The notes: generated by a model from the letters alone, not told the origin. A stretch of 64,000 bases of DNA from Chlamydiota bacterium (GCA_013286595.1 JABDFI010000002.1:10151-74150); one strand, 5' to 3'. Shown: positions 1-9,002, counted from the first letter of the stretch. A program made the numbers and translations.

Positions 1-678
1 ACAGAAGCTCCCATTACCACAACCCAAGTTTCACGCGTGTTAGGTCTTGTCCCTCACCAAGTCCTTTTTGCTCTCGATAAGGCGTTTGAAAAGCACTCTC
101 TCTCTTATGCATTTGAACTAACAGAAGAGCTTTTTACATCGGGTAAAGACATCGCTTACTTTCTCGACACCCTGCTTGAACATTACCGCACCCTTTTGCA
201 ACTCAAACTCGGTAAACAACCCTCTTTGATTCACGAAAGGGAACACTATATCGCTTCAGCAGCTCTGTATTCAGAAGAACAATGCCTGTACATTCTCGAT
301 TATTTAATCGAATGGCAACAGCAGTTAAACCGGATCCCGTTTAAGCGCATCTTGCTAGAAATGATCTTGCTCCATCTCATTCGCTCGAAATACCGCTTAT
401 CGCCAGCCACTCTTGTGAAACGCTTAATGGATTTAGAGCAACGAGCACCGTCCTCTCTTCTTCACAAAGAAGAAGTAGCCTCTGTGGCTCAAGTGCCAGA
501 GAGAGCCCCTATCACCGAAGCTCGCACGTCTACAATCACTAAGGAAGAAAAGCAGGAGCTTCCAGCAAAAGAACCTGTAACTATCCAACAGCCTACGCGA
601 CCCAATCCTGCGCGCTATGATACTTTACTGCGTTTTGCTGCTGTGGAACTAGAAGGAACAACTAAAAAAGAGGGATAA
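1..678 (+). CDS. dnaX: DNA polymerase III subunit gamma/tau, C-terminal part (5' end outside window)
   Basis: The frame is open from base 1. The helical DnaX-like C-terminal sequence (LFALDKAFEK...FLDTLLEHYRTLLQLKL) is followed by a low-complexity tail. ybaB follows directly, matching the conserved dnaX-ybaB order. Confidence 0.75.
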   Translation, partial: TEAPITTTQVSRVLGLVPHQVLFALDKAFEKHSLSYAFELTEELFTSGKDIAYFLDTLLEHYRTLLQLKLGKQPSLIHEREHYIASAALYSEEQCLYILDYLIEWQQQLNRIPFKRILLEMILLHLIRSKYRLSPATLVKRLMDLEQRAPSSLLHKEEVASVAQVPERAPITEARTSTITKEEKQELPAKEPVTIQQPTRPNPARYDTLLRFAAVELEGTTKKEG

Positions 679-682
679 CAAC

Positions 683-982
683 ATGGGCAGTGGATTTTCC
701 AGAATGAAAAAGCAAGCTAAACTCCTCGAAAAACAGCTGGAAACAGCACGAGAAGAGATGAAGCAAAAATTAGTCACTGGCAGCAGTGGAAATGGTCTTG
801 TCACTTTAGCGTTGAATGGTCAAAAAGAACTTCAAGGCATCACAATCAAGCCAGAATGCATCGATCCCAATGATGTGGAAGGGTTACAAGATTTAATCAA
901 AGCGGCACATGCTGATGCGATGTCAAAATTAGGAGATGATTCTTCCTCACCCATTCCTTCTGATTTGAGCATGTTTCTATGA
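683..982 (+). CDS. ybaB: YbaB/EbfC family nucleoid-associated protein
   Basis: 99 aa with the typical MKQAQ..Q..L-like N-terminus (RMKKQAKLLEKQLETAREEM) and the G.SG.G.V....G motif. It sits immediately after dnaX. Confidence 0.85.
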   Translation: MGSGFSRMKKQAKLLEKQLETAREEMKQKLVTGSSGNGLVTLALNGQKELQGITIKPECIDPNDVEGLQDLIKAAHADAMSKLGDDSSSPIPSDLSMFL

Positions 983-2505
983 AAAAATCTCCCTATGACT
1001 CCATGTTAGAGCTCGGTAAGACATCGAGCCTGTTGTCATCTGTTCAGTCTTTGGCTGAATGGGATCTAGAGACCTACATGCCAAAAGATGCGATTGATGT
1101 CCGCTCTGCTCAAATTGAACTCTTGGCAAATCTCGTTCACAAATCAAAGACAAGCAAGGCCTTTGCTAAAGCCTTGAACACTGTGATCGACCTAAAAACA
1201 GGTGAAATTAATGACGACAAGCTATCACCCCCTCAAATCGCCGCGGTGCGCGAGTGGCGCCGAGATTATTTAAAATGCGTTAAACTTCCCGCTTCCTTCA
1301 TTAAACAGTATGCACGCACTGTATCAACCGCTTCTCATGCATGGAAAACAGCTAAGAGTCACAATGACTTCAAAAGCTTTGCTCCTCATCTAGACAAAGT
1401 CGTTTCCTTATGCCGCAAAAAAGCCGATCTGTTGGGATTTAAAGATCATCCTTACGATGCTTTGCTAGATCTCTATGAACCAGAAATGAAAGCCTCTTAT
1501 CTCACTCCTCTCTTTGAGCAATTGAAGCTTCCTTTGAAACAGCTTTTAAAAGAGATCAAGTCAAAACCTGCCATCAAAGATGATTTTCTTTACTACCATT
1601 GCCCTAAGCACAAACAAATGGATTTCTGTGAAAAAATATTGCAGAAAATGGGTTTTCATCAGGGGGAAACCTCAAGACTGGATTTGTCCGCGCATCCTTT
1701 TTGTACAGGGATGCATCCAAAAGATACGCGGATGACCACGCTTATTCACCCCGATAACATCACATTTGCCATTTTTGCAGTGCTTCATGAGGGTGGGCAT
1801 GGGTTATACAGCCAAGGTTTACCTGTAGAACATTACGGTTCGCCCCTCTGTGAATCTGTTTCATTAGGTATTGATGAAAGTCAATCCCGCTGGTGGGAAA
1901 CTTTGATTGGACAAAGCGATCCCTTTTGGCGCTATTTTTTTCCCATCTTACAACACCATGTTCCAGACCCTTATGCGCACATTACCTTTGAGAATTTTTA
2001 TCGCGCCATCAACAGCGTAAAGCCAGGTTTAATCAGAATCGAGGCTGATGAAGTGACCTACAACCTCCATATCATCGTGCGATTTGAAATTGAAAAAGGC
2101 CTCATTGAAGGAAGCCTTAAGACCAAAGATATCCCCTCCTTTTGGAATGAAAAGATGCGCGATAACCTAGGAATTGCCCCTCAATTTGATGGAGAAGGAT
2201 GTTTACAAGATATCCATTGGTCGCTGGGTTACATTGGCTATTTTCCCACTTACACATTAGGCAATCTCTATGCAGCTCAATTCTTTAGCGTTTTTGCAAA
2301 CACCTTTCCCAATTGGCAGGAGAAAGTCGCTCAAGGCGATTTAGCATTCATCAAAGAATGGTTGCATCAGAATATTCATCAACATGGCAGACGTTATACA
2401 CCACAAGAGCTATGTAAAAGAATAAGCGGTAAAGAATTAAGCGAAAAGCCATTTATCGAATACTTAGTGAAAAAATACAAAGCACTTTACGACATCACAC
2501 TGTAA
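979..2505 (+). CDS. M32 family (Taq-type) metallocarboxypeptidase
   Basis: 508 aa with the HEGGHG zinc motif (HExxH), SAHPF, and the IRIEADEVTYNLHI motif typical of carboxypeptidase Taq. The start overlaps the ybaB stop (ATGA). Confidence 0.9.
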   Translation: MKKSPYDSMLELGKTSSLLSSVQSLAEWDLETYMPKDAIDVRSAQIELLANLVHKSKTSKAFAKALNTVIDLKTGEINDDKLSPPQIAAVREWRRDYLKCVKLPASFIKQYARTVSTASHAWKTAKSHNDFKSFAPHLDKVVSLCRKKADLLGFKDHPYDALLDLYEPEMKASYLTPLFEQLKLPLKQLLKEIKSKPAIKDDFLYYHCPKHKQMDFCEKILQKMGFHQGETSRLDLSAHPFCTGMHPKDTRMTTLIHPDNITFAIFAVLHEGGHGLYSQGLPVEHYGSPLCESVSLGIDESQSRWWETLIGQSDPFWRYFFPILQHHVPDPYAHITFENFYRAINSVKPGLIRIEADEVTYNLHIIVRFEIEKGLIEGSLKTKDIPSFWNEKMRDNLGIAPQFDGEGCLQDIHWSLGYIGYFPTYTLGNLYAAQFFSVFANTFPNWQEKVAQGDLAFIKEWLHQNIHQHGRRYTPQELCKRISGKELSEKPFIEYLVKKYKALYDITL

Positions 2506-2527
2506 AGGCAATTGCCTCTATAAAAAA

Positions 2528-2552
2528 GCCTTAAGGAGAAACTCCTTAAGGC
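2528..2552. terminator. Bidirectional intrinsic terminator hairpin between convergent genes
   Basis: 11-bp perfect stem GCCTTAAGGAG/CTCCTTAAGGC with a 3-nt loop. An A-run lies on the left and an AT-rich/T-poor run on the right. It sits between the carboxypeptidase stop and the rpsI stop. Confidence 0.55.
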
Positions 2553-2578
2553 AATAAAATCGTAGATAAAATGACGGT

Positions 2579-2974
2579 TTATCGTTTAGAGAACTGGAAG
2601 CGTTTACGAGCACCGGCGAGACCGTATTTTTTACGCTCTCTTTTACGAGGATCTCGTGTTAAGAAGCCAATGACTTTTAAGTCGTGTCTTCTATCTTTAT
2701 CTTCTTCAACGAGAGCTCGCGCCAAACCTAGTCGTGTCGCTTCAACTTGACCTTGAATTCCACCACCTTTAACGCGAACAATAAGGTCATAGCGTTCTGT
2801 TGCGGCAGATACCTTTTCTAAAGCGGATAAGATGGTTTGTCTTTGAAGAGGACTTGGGAAGTACTCATCAAATTTCTTTCCATTGACATCCACTTTCCCA
2901 GTTCCTGGACGGAGTCTAACTGAGGCAACAGCTGTTTTTCTTCTTCCTGTACCGATGAATTCTTGAGCTTTCAT
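2579..2974 (-). CDS. rpsI: 30S ribosomal protein S9
   Basis: [10 protein letters not shown]...[17 protein letters not shown] is the canonical S9 sequence. I chose the ATG at 2974 (AGGA just upstream) over the TTG at 2986. Confidence 0.95.
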   Translation of the reverse strand: MKAQEFIGTGRRKTAVASVRLRPGTGKVDVNGKKFDEYFPSPLQRQTILSALEKVSAATERYDLIVRVKGGGIQGQVEATRLGLARALVEEDKDRRHDLKVIGFLTRDPRKRERKKYGLAGARKRFQFSKR

Positions 2975-2989
2975 AAATCCTAACAAATT

Positions 2990-3439
2990 TTAGATGTTCA
3001 CTGGGATTGGGGTTTGCGCTTCCATGTTATGCTTGTCATCTGCACAAACGCGAAGTTTCTTTAATTGAGCTTCACCAAGACGCGTTTTAGGCATCATCCC
3101 TTTAACCGCGTGGAAGATAATATACTCAGGTTTACGCGCTTGCATGACTCTATAAGGGATTTCTCGCAATCCGCTCATAGAACCCGTATAGTAACGGTAA
3201 AGCTTTTGTGCAGCTTTTGCACCGGTTACTTTAATTTTGGCTGCATTGATGACAATGACACCATCACCTGTATCGATATGAGGAGTGAAATCAGTTTTAT
3301 GCTTTCCACGTAAGACTTTCGCAACTTCTGTAGCAAAACGCCCCAGAGTTTTCCCAGATGCATCTAATATGAACCACTTACGTGCTGGCAGAGCTTCTTC
3401 TTTCGCGATTAAAATCGTTTTGTTCTTTTGCTTTATCAT
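2990..3439 (-). CDS. rplM: 50S ribosomal protein L13
   Basis: 149 aa containing WFILDASGKTLGRFATEVAKVLRGKHK, the canonical L13 sequence. It lies upstream of rpsI as in the conserved operon. Confidence 0.95.
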   Translation of the reverse strand: MIKQKNKTILIAKEEALPARKWFILDASGKTLGRFATEVAKVLRGKHKTDFTPHIDTGDGVIVINAAKIKVTGAKAAQKLYRYYTGSMSGLREIPYRVMQARKPEYIIFHAVKGMMPKTRLGEAQLKKLRVCADDKHNMEAQTPIPVNI

Positions 3440-3593
3440 GGATAGAATCCAATAAGGTTGAATGATCCTTGTCTATAAAAATATAAGGAATCGCAAGTCT
3501 ACTTTTTTTATTCATTTTTGCCAATCAATTTTCTCCACCACCAATTAAAAAAAACACTGACAAGGAAATCAGCACACCGCCCATTGCAAAATT

Positions 3594-3694
3594 AATTTTT
3601 TACCACAGAGAAAAGGAGAGCACAGAGAAAGATTTCAAGGTCAATCAACTTATTAACCTCCTCTGTGCTCTCCTTTTCTCTGTGGTAAAAAATT
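3594..3694. repeat. Long palindrome (about 34-bp stem, 33-nt loop) in the divergent rplM/miaB intergenic region
   Basis: 3601-3627 TACCACAGAGAAAAGGAGAGCACAGAG is the exact reverse complement of 3661-3687. Pairing continues through the T5/A5 runs and 2 further bp. Confidence 0.9.
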
Positions 3695-3831
3695 TTTCAA
3701 ACTTGAATCAAACCAAGCTTGACAATTGACCTGCTTTTTCTCTGCAGCCAACTAATTATTCTCTAACTTGCAAAAAGATCGCGTGTTGCGCTAAACTATA
3801 CGCTAAATTTTTATATGACTTTACGGATCTT

Positions 3832-5160
3832 ATGCGCTCGTTAAAAACTTTTTTTCTTAAAACATACGGCTGTCAAATGAATGAGCTCGATTCAGAGATC
3901 ATGGTTGGCTCACTTGAAAAGCGAGGCATGACTCGCATCGATGATGAAACCCAGGCTGACTTATTGATTTTTAACACTTGCTCTGTTCGAGATTTAGCTG
4001 AGCGCAAGGTAATGGGCAAAATCGGACAAATCGGCCGCAGCAGCGTGAAACGATCGATTATTGGCGTGACAGGATGCATGGCCATGGCCAAAAAGGAAAC
4101 TCTTTTCCGAAAACTTCCCCATATTGACTTCGTCCTAGGAACTAATAACATCAGCGATCTCAATGAAGTCCTCGATGATGTTTTAGCCACAGGAAAGCAA
4201 TTCATTCGCACGGATGATCAGTTTGAAGAAAATTTAGATTACCTCATCACCAAAAGAGACGATCCGGTCAAAGCCTTTGTTTCGATCATCCGCGGCTGCG
4301 ATAAGTTCTGTACCTACTGTGTGGTTCCCTACACAAGAGGGCAGGAGGTTTCAAGACCTCCCGACAATATCATTGAAGAATGCACGCGCTTGGTTCAGCA
4401 GGGATATAAAGAAATTACCTTACTGGGGCAAAACGTCAATAGCTATGGAAAAGACAAACCCGAATGGAATTGCCTTTTCCATGATCTACTCTACCGCCTA
4501 GATAAGATTCCAGGTCTAGAGAGAGTTCGGTTCATGACCTCTCATCCCGTTGACATCACTCTTGAGTTAATGCAGGCCATTCGAGATCTGCCTTCTGTTT
4601 GCGAGTTTGTCCACTTTCCTTTCCAAGCTGGTTCCAACCGCATTTTAAAGAAGATGCACCGGATTTATACCATTGAGAAGTACCTAGAAAAAGTACAGCT
4701 CTTAAGAGAAATCGCACCTAATGTAGCGTTGGGAACCGATATCATCGTGGGATTTCCTACGGAAACGGAAGAGGAATTCCAGGAGACGTACGACATCTTC
4801 AAACAGATCCGTTACTCTGTGGCTTTTATCTTTGCCTACAGCGCTCGCCAAGGCACTCCTGCCTTTCGTTGGAAAGATGACATCCCTGAACAGACCAAGG
4901 GAGAGCGTTTACAACGACTTCTTAACCTCCATCTCGAGATCTGCGCAGAGCAACGCGCCGAAATGCTCGGTCAACAGATCGAAGTTCTTGTAGAACGGCG
5001 CAATCGAGATGAAAAGCATCTCAAAGGACGCACGCGCTGCTGGAAGAATGTGATCTTCTCTGGAAGCGATCAGTTAATTGGCACGCTACAGACAGTCAAA
5101 GTCACCGGCTTTAGCCATCAAACACTGATTGGTGAAATCATCAATAAATTGTCTCTTTAG
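3832..5160 (+). CDS. miaB: tRNA-2-methylthio-N6-dimethylallyladenosine synthase (radical SAM methylthiotransferase)
   Basis: N-terminal TYGCQMNE..DSE motif, radical-SAM CDKFCTYCVVPYTRG motif, and a C-terminal TRAM-like region. Confidence 0.9.
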   Translation: MRSLKTFFLKTYGCQMNELDSEIMVGSLEKRGMTRIDDETQADLLIFNTCSVRDLAERKVMGKIGQIGRSSVKRSIIGVTGCMAMAKKETLFRKLPHIDFVLGTNNISDLNEVLDDVLATGKQFIRTDDQFEENLDYLITKRDDPVKAFVSIIRGCDKFCTYCVVPYTRGQEVSRPPDNIIEECTRLVQQGYKEITLLGQNVNSYGKDKPEWNCLFHDLLYRLDKIPGLERVRFMTSHPVDITLELMQAIRDLPSVCEFVHFPFQAGSNRILKKMHRIYTIEKYLEKVQLLREIAPNVALGTDIIVGFPTETEEEFQETYDIFKQIRYSVAFIFAYSARQGTPAFRWKDDIPEQTKGERLQRLLNLHLEICAEQRAEMLGQQIEVLVERRNRDEKHLKGRTRCWKNVIFSGSDQLIGTLQTVKVTGFSHQTLIGEIINKLSL

Positions 5161-5164
5161 CGAA

Positions 5165-6040
5165 CTAACTTCTAAAAAACTCGTTTAGATCATCTTCCAT
5201 AGCAAGAGGACCTTGTGATTCTTCACTGGAAAAGGGACTTAGTTCTTCTTCACTGGAAAAGGGACTTAGTTCTTCTTCACTGGAAAAGGGACTTAGTTCT
5301 TCTTCACTGGAAAAGGGACTTAGTTCTTCTTTGCTAGCGAGAAGAGGCAGTTCTTTTTTGCTAAGAAGGGGACTTAGTTCGCCTCTTCTAGAAGAAGGGG
5401 TTAAAGGGCCTTCTATAATACATATTGCAATTTGCTCCAACACGTTACGATAGGTTGGGCCTCTAAATGAATGATCGCCATAGACAGATCTAATATGCGA
5501 CCGAGGTTCTTGACTATCGTAAACATGAACTTCTCCTTGAACCTGAAGAGGTCGACCTAAGATATAATTAAGCATATTTTGTATCGGATGGGGAGATAAA
5601 CTTGGCACAATATCGGCACTTGAAACATGGTGTATCGCCTTAGGATTAACACTTGGAGATCCCAAATAATGTGCAACAATGCGCTCTCTTTCTGCTGGCG
5701 TTAATAGTTCCATTGCAACCGTAGAGACTATTCCACCTCGAGAGTGTGCATAATGAATAATTTGCGATTGTCCTTCTTCATCAAATGCTTCCATATCCAT
5801 TTCTTTTAATAGCCTTTTCCATAACGCAGCCAATCGTCGTGATGCTTCCGGAATAGCGCCTATAGTGACAACTATAGCTGCTTGAAACAGATCACTAACT
5901 GCTCCCTGCGATGGGTCTGCTACGAAGTCAACGCGACAGCCATTATTGATTTCTGAAATCATCTCCGCACTGGTTTTCGCACTTTCATAAGAATTGAGTA
6001 TACCGTTCACGAAAGTAATGCTTAAAGGGATCCCACCCAA
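5165..6040 (-). CDS. Lipase/esterase-like alpha/beta-hydrolase protein with a C-terminal SSEEELSPF tandem repeat (possibly 5'-truncated by a frameshift)
   Basis: ITFVNGILN plus the nucleophile-elbow-like AHSRGG (AHSxGG as in small lipases). Four perfect 9-aa repeats lie at the C-terminus. The start as listed is TTG; see the finding on the upstream A6 tract. Confidence 0.55.
   Translation of the reverse strand: MGGIPLSITFVNGILNSYESAKTSAEMISEINNGCRVDFVADPSQGAVSDLFQAAIVVTIGAIPEASRRLAALWKRLLKEMDMEAFDEEGQSQIIHYAHSRGGIVSTVAMELLTPAERERIVAHYLGSPSVNPKAIHHVSSADIVPSLSPHPIQNMLNYILGRPLQVQGEVHVYDSQEPRSHIRSVYGDHSFRGPTYRNVLEQIAICIIEGPLTPSSRRGELSPLLSKKELPLLASKEELSPFSSEEELSPFSSEEELSPFSSEEELSPFSSEESQGPLAMEDDLNEFFRS
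5221..5328. repeat. Perfect 27-bp tandem repeat x4, in-frame within the coding sequence
   Basis: The unit CTTCACTGGAAAAGGGACTTAGTTCTT is repeated exactly at 5221, 5248, 5275 and 5302. Degenerate copies follow up to about 5390. Confidence 0.95.
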
Positions 6041-6437
6041 AAAAAGTCTACGACCTTCTATTTTGCCAGTATACTCATTTAAAGTTGGTGATTCGTCTAT
6101 CTCTTGTTTTTTAGTGAAGCCGATAGGAGCATACCAGAAGCTACAACAGTACCTGCGATTAAATTACTCGACATGTTCACCTTATTTTATTAAATTATCA
6201 ATTAATTGTTTGTTTTATATAAACTCAATTATATCATAGTGATAAATTTATTTAAATTATAATATTATAAATATTATTTACAAATATTGCTAAGTTGTTT
6301 ATAATTAATGAATTATAATTAAAACATAGATTATGTAATATTTTTCAGTAAATTGTGGATTTATTACTTCGTAAATTAATAAAAATTTATGGTTTATTAA
6401 CATTTCTTAATATTAATAATAATTTAGAAATTTAACG

Positions 6438-6518
6438 ATGACACTATCATTACTCGGTTTGGTATCTTTAACTTTACCAACGTCAGTTTTTAAGAAGAAC
6501 TTGAGCATTCAGAGATAG
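6438..6518 (+). pseudogene. Collapsed relic of an F-box/LRR family gene (N-terminal leader fused to C-terminal tail, 26 codons)
   Basis: The upstream AATTTAGAAATTTAACGATG and the MTLSLLGLVSLTLPTS sequence align with the AATTAGGAGATTTAACAATG / MSSLSGLVPLTLPAT of the genes at 32809 and 34474. The 3' CTTGAGCATTCAGAGATAGA matches the tail at 34008-34027. Confidence 0.7.
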
Positions 6519-6570
6519 ATTAGAAACTAAACATCCCACACTGGGGTGGGATGTCATGAAATAGGATAAT

Positions 6571-7155
6571 CTATCTAGTTCTATAGCTGATTCTAGCAAT
6601 TAAAAGTCCAGCTAGGAACCAACCGATGATAAGATCGAAAAAGATGGTCAACGTGTAGCAGCCTGAAAAGCCCCACCATATCCAAGCTGGCATCACACCT
6701 AGTAAAGCAGCAGCTACACCAAACAGCGTAACAAAAATGACCGCGTTCCAATAACTTAGTCTCGATAACAGCAACATCCAAGCCACGATGGCAGCTCCAA
6801 TGATATACGTGAATAGCGATGTTAAAAAGGGCATCACCGAACATCTGTTGACCCCGCATAATTGAATAGAAGCAAACATCACAGGACCGCAATCCATTAA
6901 ATTTCTGCTTTCTTCAATATCGCAAGGGGGAGTACAACAATCATACCCATAAGTGTTAGGTAAGATGTACATTCCACTGCAGGGAGCATTTTTTCTAATG
7001 ACCTCAGCAACTTTGCATTCATTGCAAAATTTATTGAACGATCTTGCATGCCATGGAAGAACCATCCAGGATAACAATCCCCAGATAAAAATGATAATTC
7101 CCCCTAACACCGCGCATTTGATCAGCGGAGCATGTCTGACTATAACTTTTCTCAT
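6571..7155 (-). CDS. Hypothetical Cys-rich integral membrane protein
   Basis: It has about 4 hydrophobic segments and a Cys-rich loop. I preferred the ATG at 7155 (GAGG 4-5 nt upstream) over 7245, which would overlap ptsI. I do not recognise a family. Confidence 0.5.
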   Translation of the reverse strand: MRKVIVRHAPLIKCAVLGGIIIFIWGLLSWMVLPWHARSFNKFCNECKVAEVIRKNAPCSGMYILPNTYGYDCCTPPCDIEESRNLMDCGPVMFASIQLCGVNRCSVMPFLTSLFTYIIGAAIVAWMLLLSRLSYWNAVIFVTLFGVAAALLGVMPAWIWWGFSGCYTLTIFFDLIIGWFLAGLLIARISYRTR

Positions 7156-7228
7156 ACAACCTCTATATAGTTGTGATTCAACAATAAGTCCACCTATATA
7201 GAGATCTCTATTTTCACTCAAATCATTT

Positions 7229-9001
7229 TTAAGCCATAGTCTCATCGATGGCTGTAGCGTTCTTATTGTAAGCTTCGATCAGAAGTTGGGAAATTTCTGC
7301 TGAAGAATGCAAACTGAGAGCTCTACTTGCCAGTTCATAAGCAGAGAGTAAACTTGTCTGTCGAATAGCTCTTTTGACTAAAGGAATATAACGTGGTGAA
7401 CAGGAAAATTCGTCCACGCCTAATCCCAGTAATAAGGCAATGAATAAAGGGTTAGAAGCTATTTCCCCACAAATCGTCACATGAAGACCATAGCGCTTCG
7501 CTTCAGTAACGACCATTTTGATCATTCGGATGACACTCGGATGTGCCGGGTAACAACAATCGCTCATCACAGGGTTGTTTCGATCAATTCCCAACGTATA
7601 CTGAACGAGATCGTTGGTGCCGATCGATAAGAAATCGCAATGTTGTGCTAAAGCATCACATATTAAAACAGCAGAAGGAACTTCGATCATACAGCCGATG
7701 GGAAGATGGGGGAAAAATTGGAGCCCTTGAGCATGAAGTCCTTCCTCTACTTCAGTAATCAGTTTTCTCGCTTCGGTCAATTCCCCTACATCAGAAATTA
7801 AGGGAAGTAAAATGCGCACATTTCCATGAGCAGCAGCTCTAAGAATCGCTCGGAGCTGTGTCTTAAAAATCTCTTTGTGTCGCAGTAAAAACCGAATACC
7901 CCTGCAGCCTAAAACAGGATTGGCTTCTTTTAAAGTAAGCTCCGACAGATCTAATTGCTTGTCTCCTCCAATATCAAACACTCGAATAACAATAGGTAAT
8001 GGTGCTACTTTTTTGATCATTTCTAAGTAGGCATTATACTGTTCCTGTTCGGATGAAAACAAAGCGCGATTCTGAAAAAAAAGGTATTCAGTGCGCAATA
8101 AACCTACCCCTTCGGCGCCCAATTGCTCTAAATTATCCAAATCGCTTAAGTGTCCTACATTAGCAAACACTTGCACCTGACAACCATCCATAGTCTCAGC
8201 ATCGTAATGCACTTCCTTTTGCAAAAGCTGTTGAGATGTTTTTAGGCATGTTTTCCGATGACGGTATTTTTCTAGCGTTTCTGGAACGGGATTAAAGATC
8301 ACCTCTCCTGTCTTACCATCTACGATGACATAGTTAGGTCGATTCTGTTGCAATTGAAAGATATCCACGGAGGCGACAAAAGGAATTCCTTTAGCTCGTG
8401 CAATAAGAGCAGCATGAGAGTTTCCACCTCCACCTTGTGTGACAAACGCACTGACTCTTGACCCATGAGCCGAAGCCGTATCAGAGGGTACGAGTTCTTT
8501 GGCAAAAACGATCGAATGCATGGGAAGTTCGGAGAAGGGCAAATGCGAAGGGATAGGACTTAAATGCCCTAAGATGCGCTTGGCGAGATCCATGACATCC
8601 AAGAGCCTTTGACGGAAATACTGATCGCGATTCTCAGAAAACCGCTTAGCGTATTCTGCTAATACAGAATGAAAAACTGCTTCTGTATTTTGCATCATCT
8701 CGCGGATTTTCTCTTCCATGTCTGTTGTCATTAAGGGATCTTCGAGCATCAAGAGATGAGCATCGATGATCATGACAGCTTCAGAAGACCCCACAGAAGC
8801 CAAATCTTGTTGAATCCTCTGCAGATCTTCTCGACTAGAAAATAAGGCGCGTCGATAGCGAGCGATTTCCTCATCGACCTCTCCTATTGTGATGGGAAAG
8901 ATAGGGATTTTTCTTTCTTTGACATCCAAAAAGAAAGGAATGCCAATCGCAATGCCTTCACTGACTGGCGAACCTTGTATTCGAATCTCTTGCAATCCCA
9001 T
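7229..9001 (-). CDS. ptsI: Phosphoenolpyruvate-protein phosphotransferase (PTS enzyme I)
   Basis: GGGNSHAALIARAKGIP (phospho-His region) and SIGTNDLVQYT (catalytic Cys region). I chose the ATG at 9001 (MGLQEIRIQG...), 1 nt after the ptsH stop. Confidence 0.9.
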   Translation of the reverse strand: MGLQEIRIQGSPVSEGIAIGIPFFLDVKERKIPIFPITIGEVDEEIARYRRALFSSREDLQRIQQDLASVGSSEAVMIIDAHLLMLEDPLMTTDMEEKIREMMQNTEAVFHSVLAEYAKRFSENRDQYFRQRLLDVMDLAKRILGHLSPIPSHLPFSELPMHSIVFAKELVPSDTASAHGSRVSAFVTQGGGGNSHAALIARAKGIPFVASVDIFQLQQNRPNYVIVDGKTGEVIFNPVPETLEKYRHRKTCLKTSQQLLQKEVHYDAETMDGCQVQVFANVGHLSDLDNLEQLGAEGVGLLRTEYLFFQNRALFSSEQEQYNAYLEMIKKVAPLPIVIRVFDIGGDKQLDLSELTLKEANPVLGCRGIRFLLRHKEIFKTQLRAILRAAAHGNVRILLPLISDVGELTEARKLITEVEEGLHAQGLQFFPHLPIGCMIEVPSAVLICDALAQHCDFLSIGTNDLVQYTLGIDRNNPVMSDCCYPAHPSVIRMIKMVVTEAKRYGLHVTICGEIASNPLFIALLLGLGVDEFSCSPRYIPLVKRAIRQTSLLSAYELASRALSLHSSAEISQLLIEAYNKNATAIDETMA

Positions 9002-9002
9002 T

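Noticed and set aside
5994-6239. 81-aa plus-strand ORF overlapping the 5' end of the lipase-like gene.
   Set aside because: It is antisense to the better-supported minus-strand gene and its upstream leader. It is AT-rich and low-complexity at its 3' end, and has no RBS.
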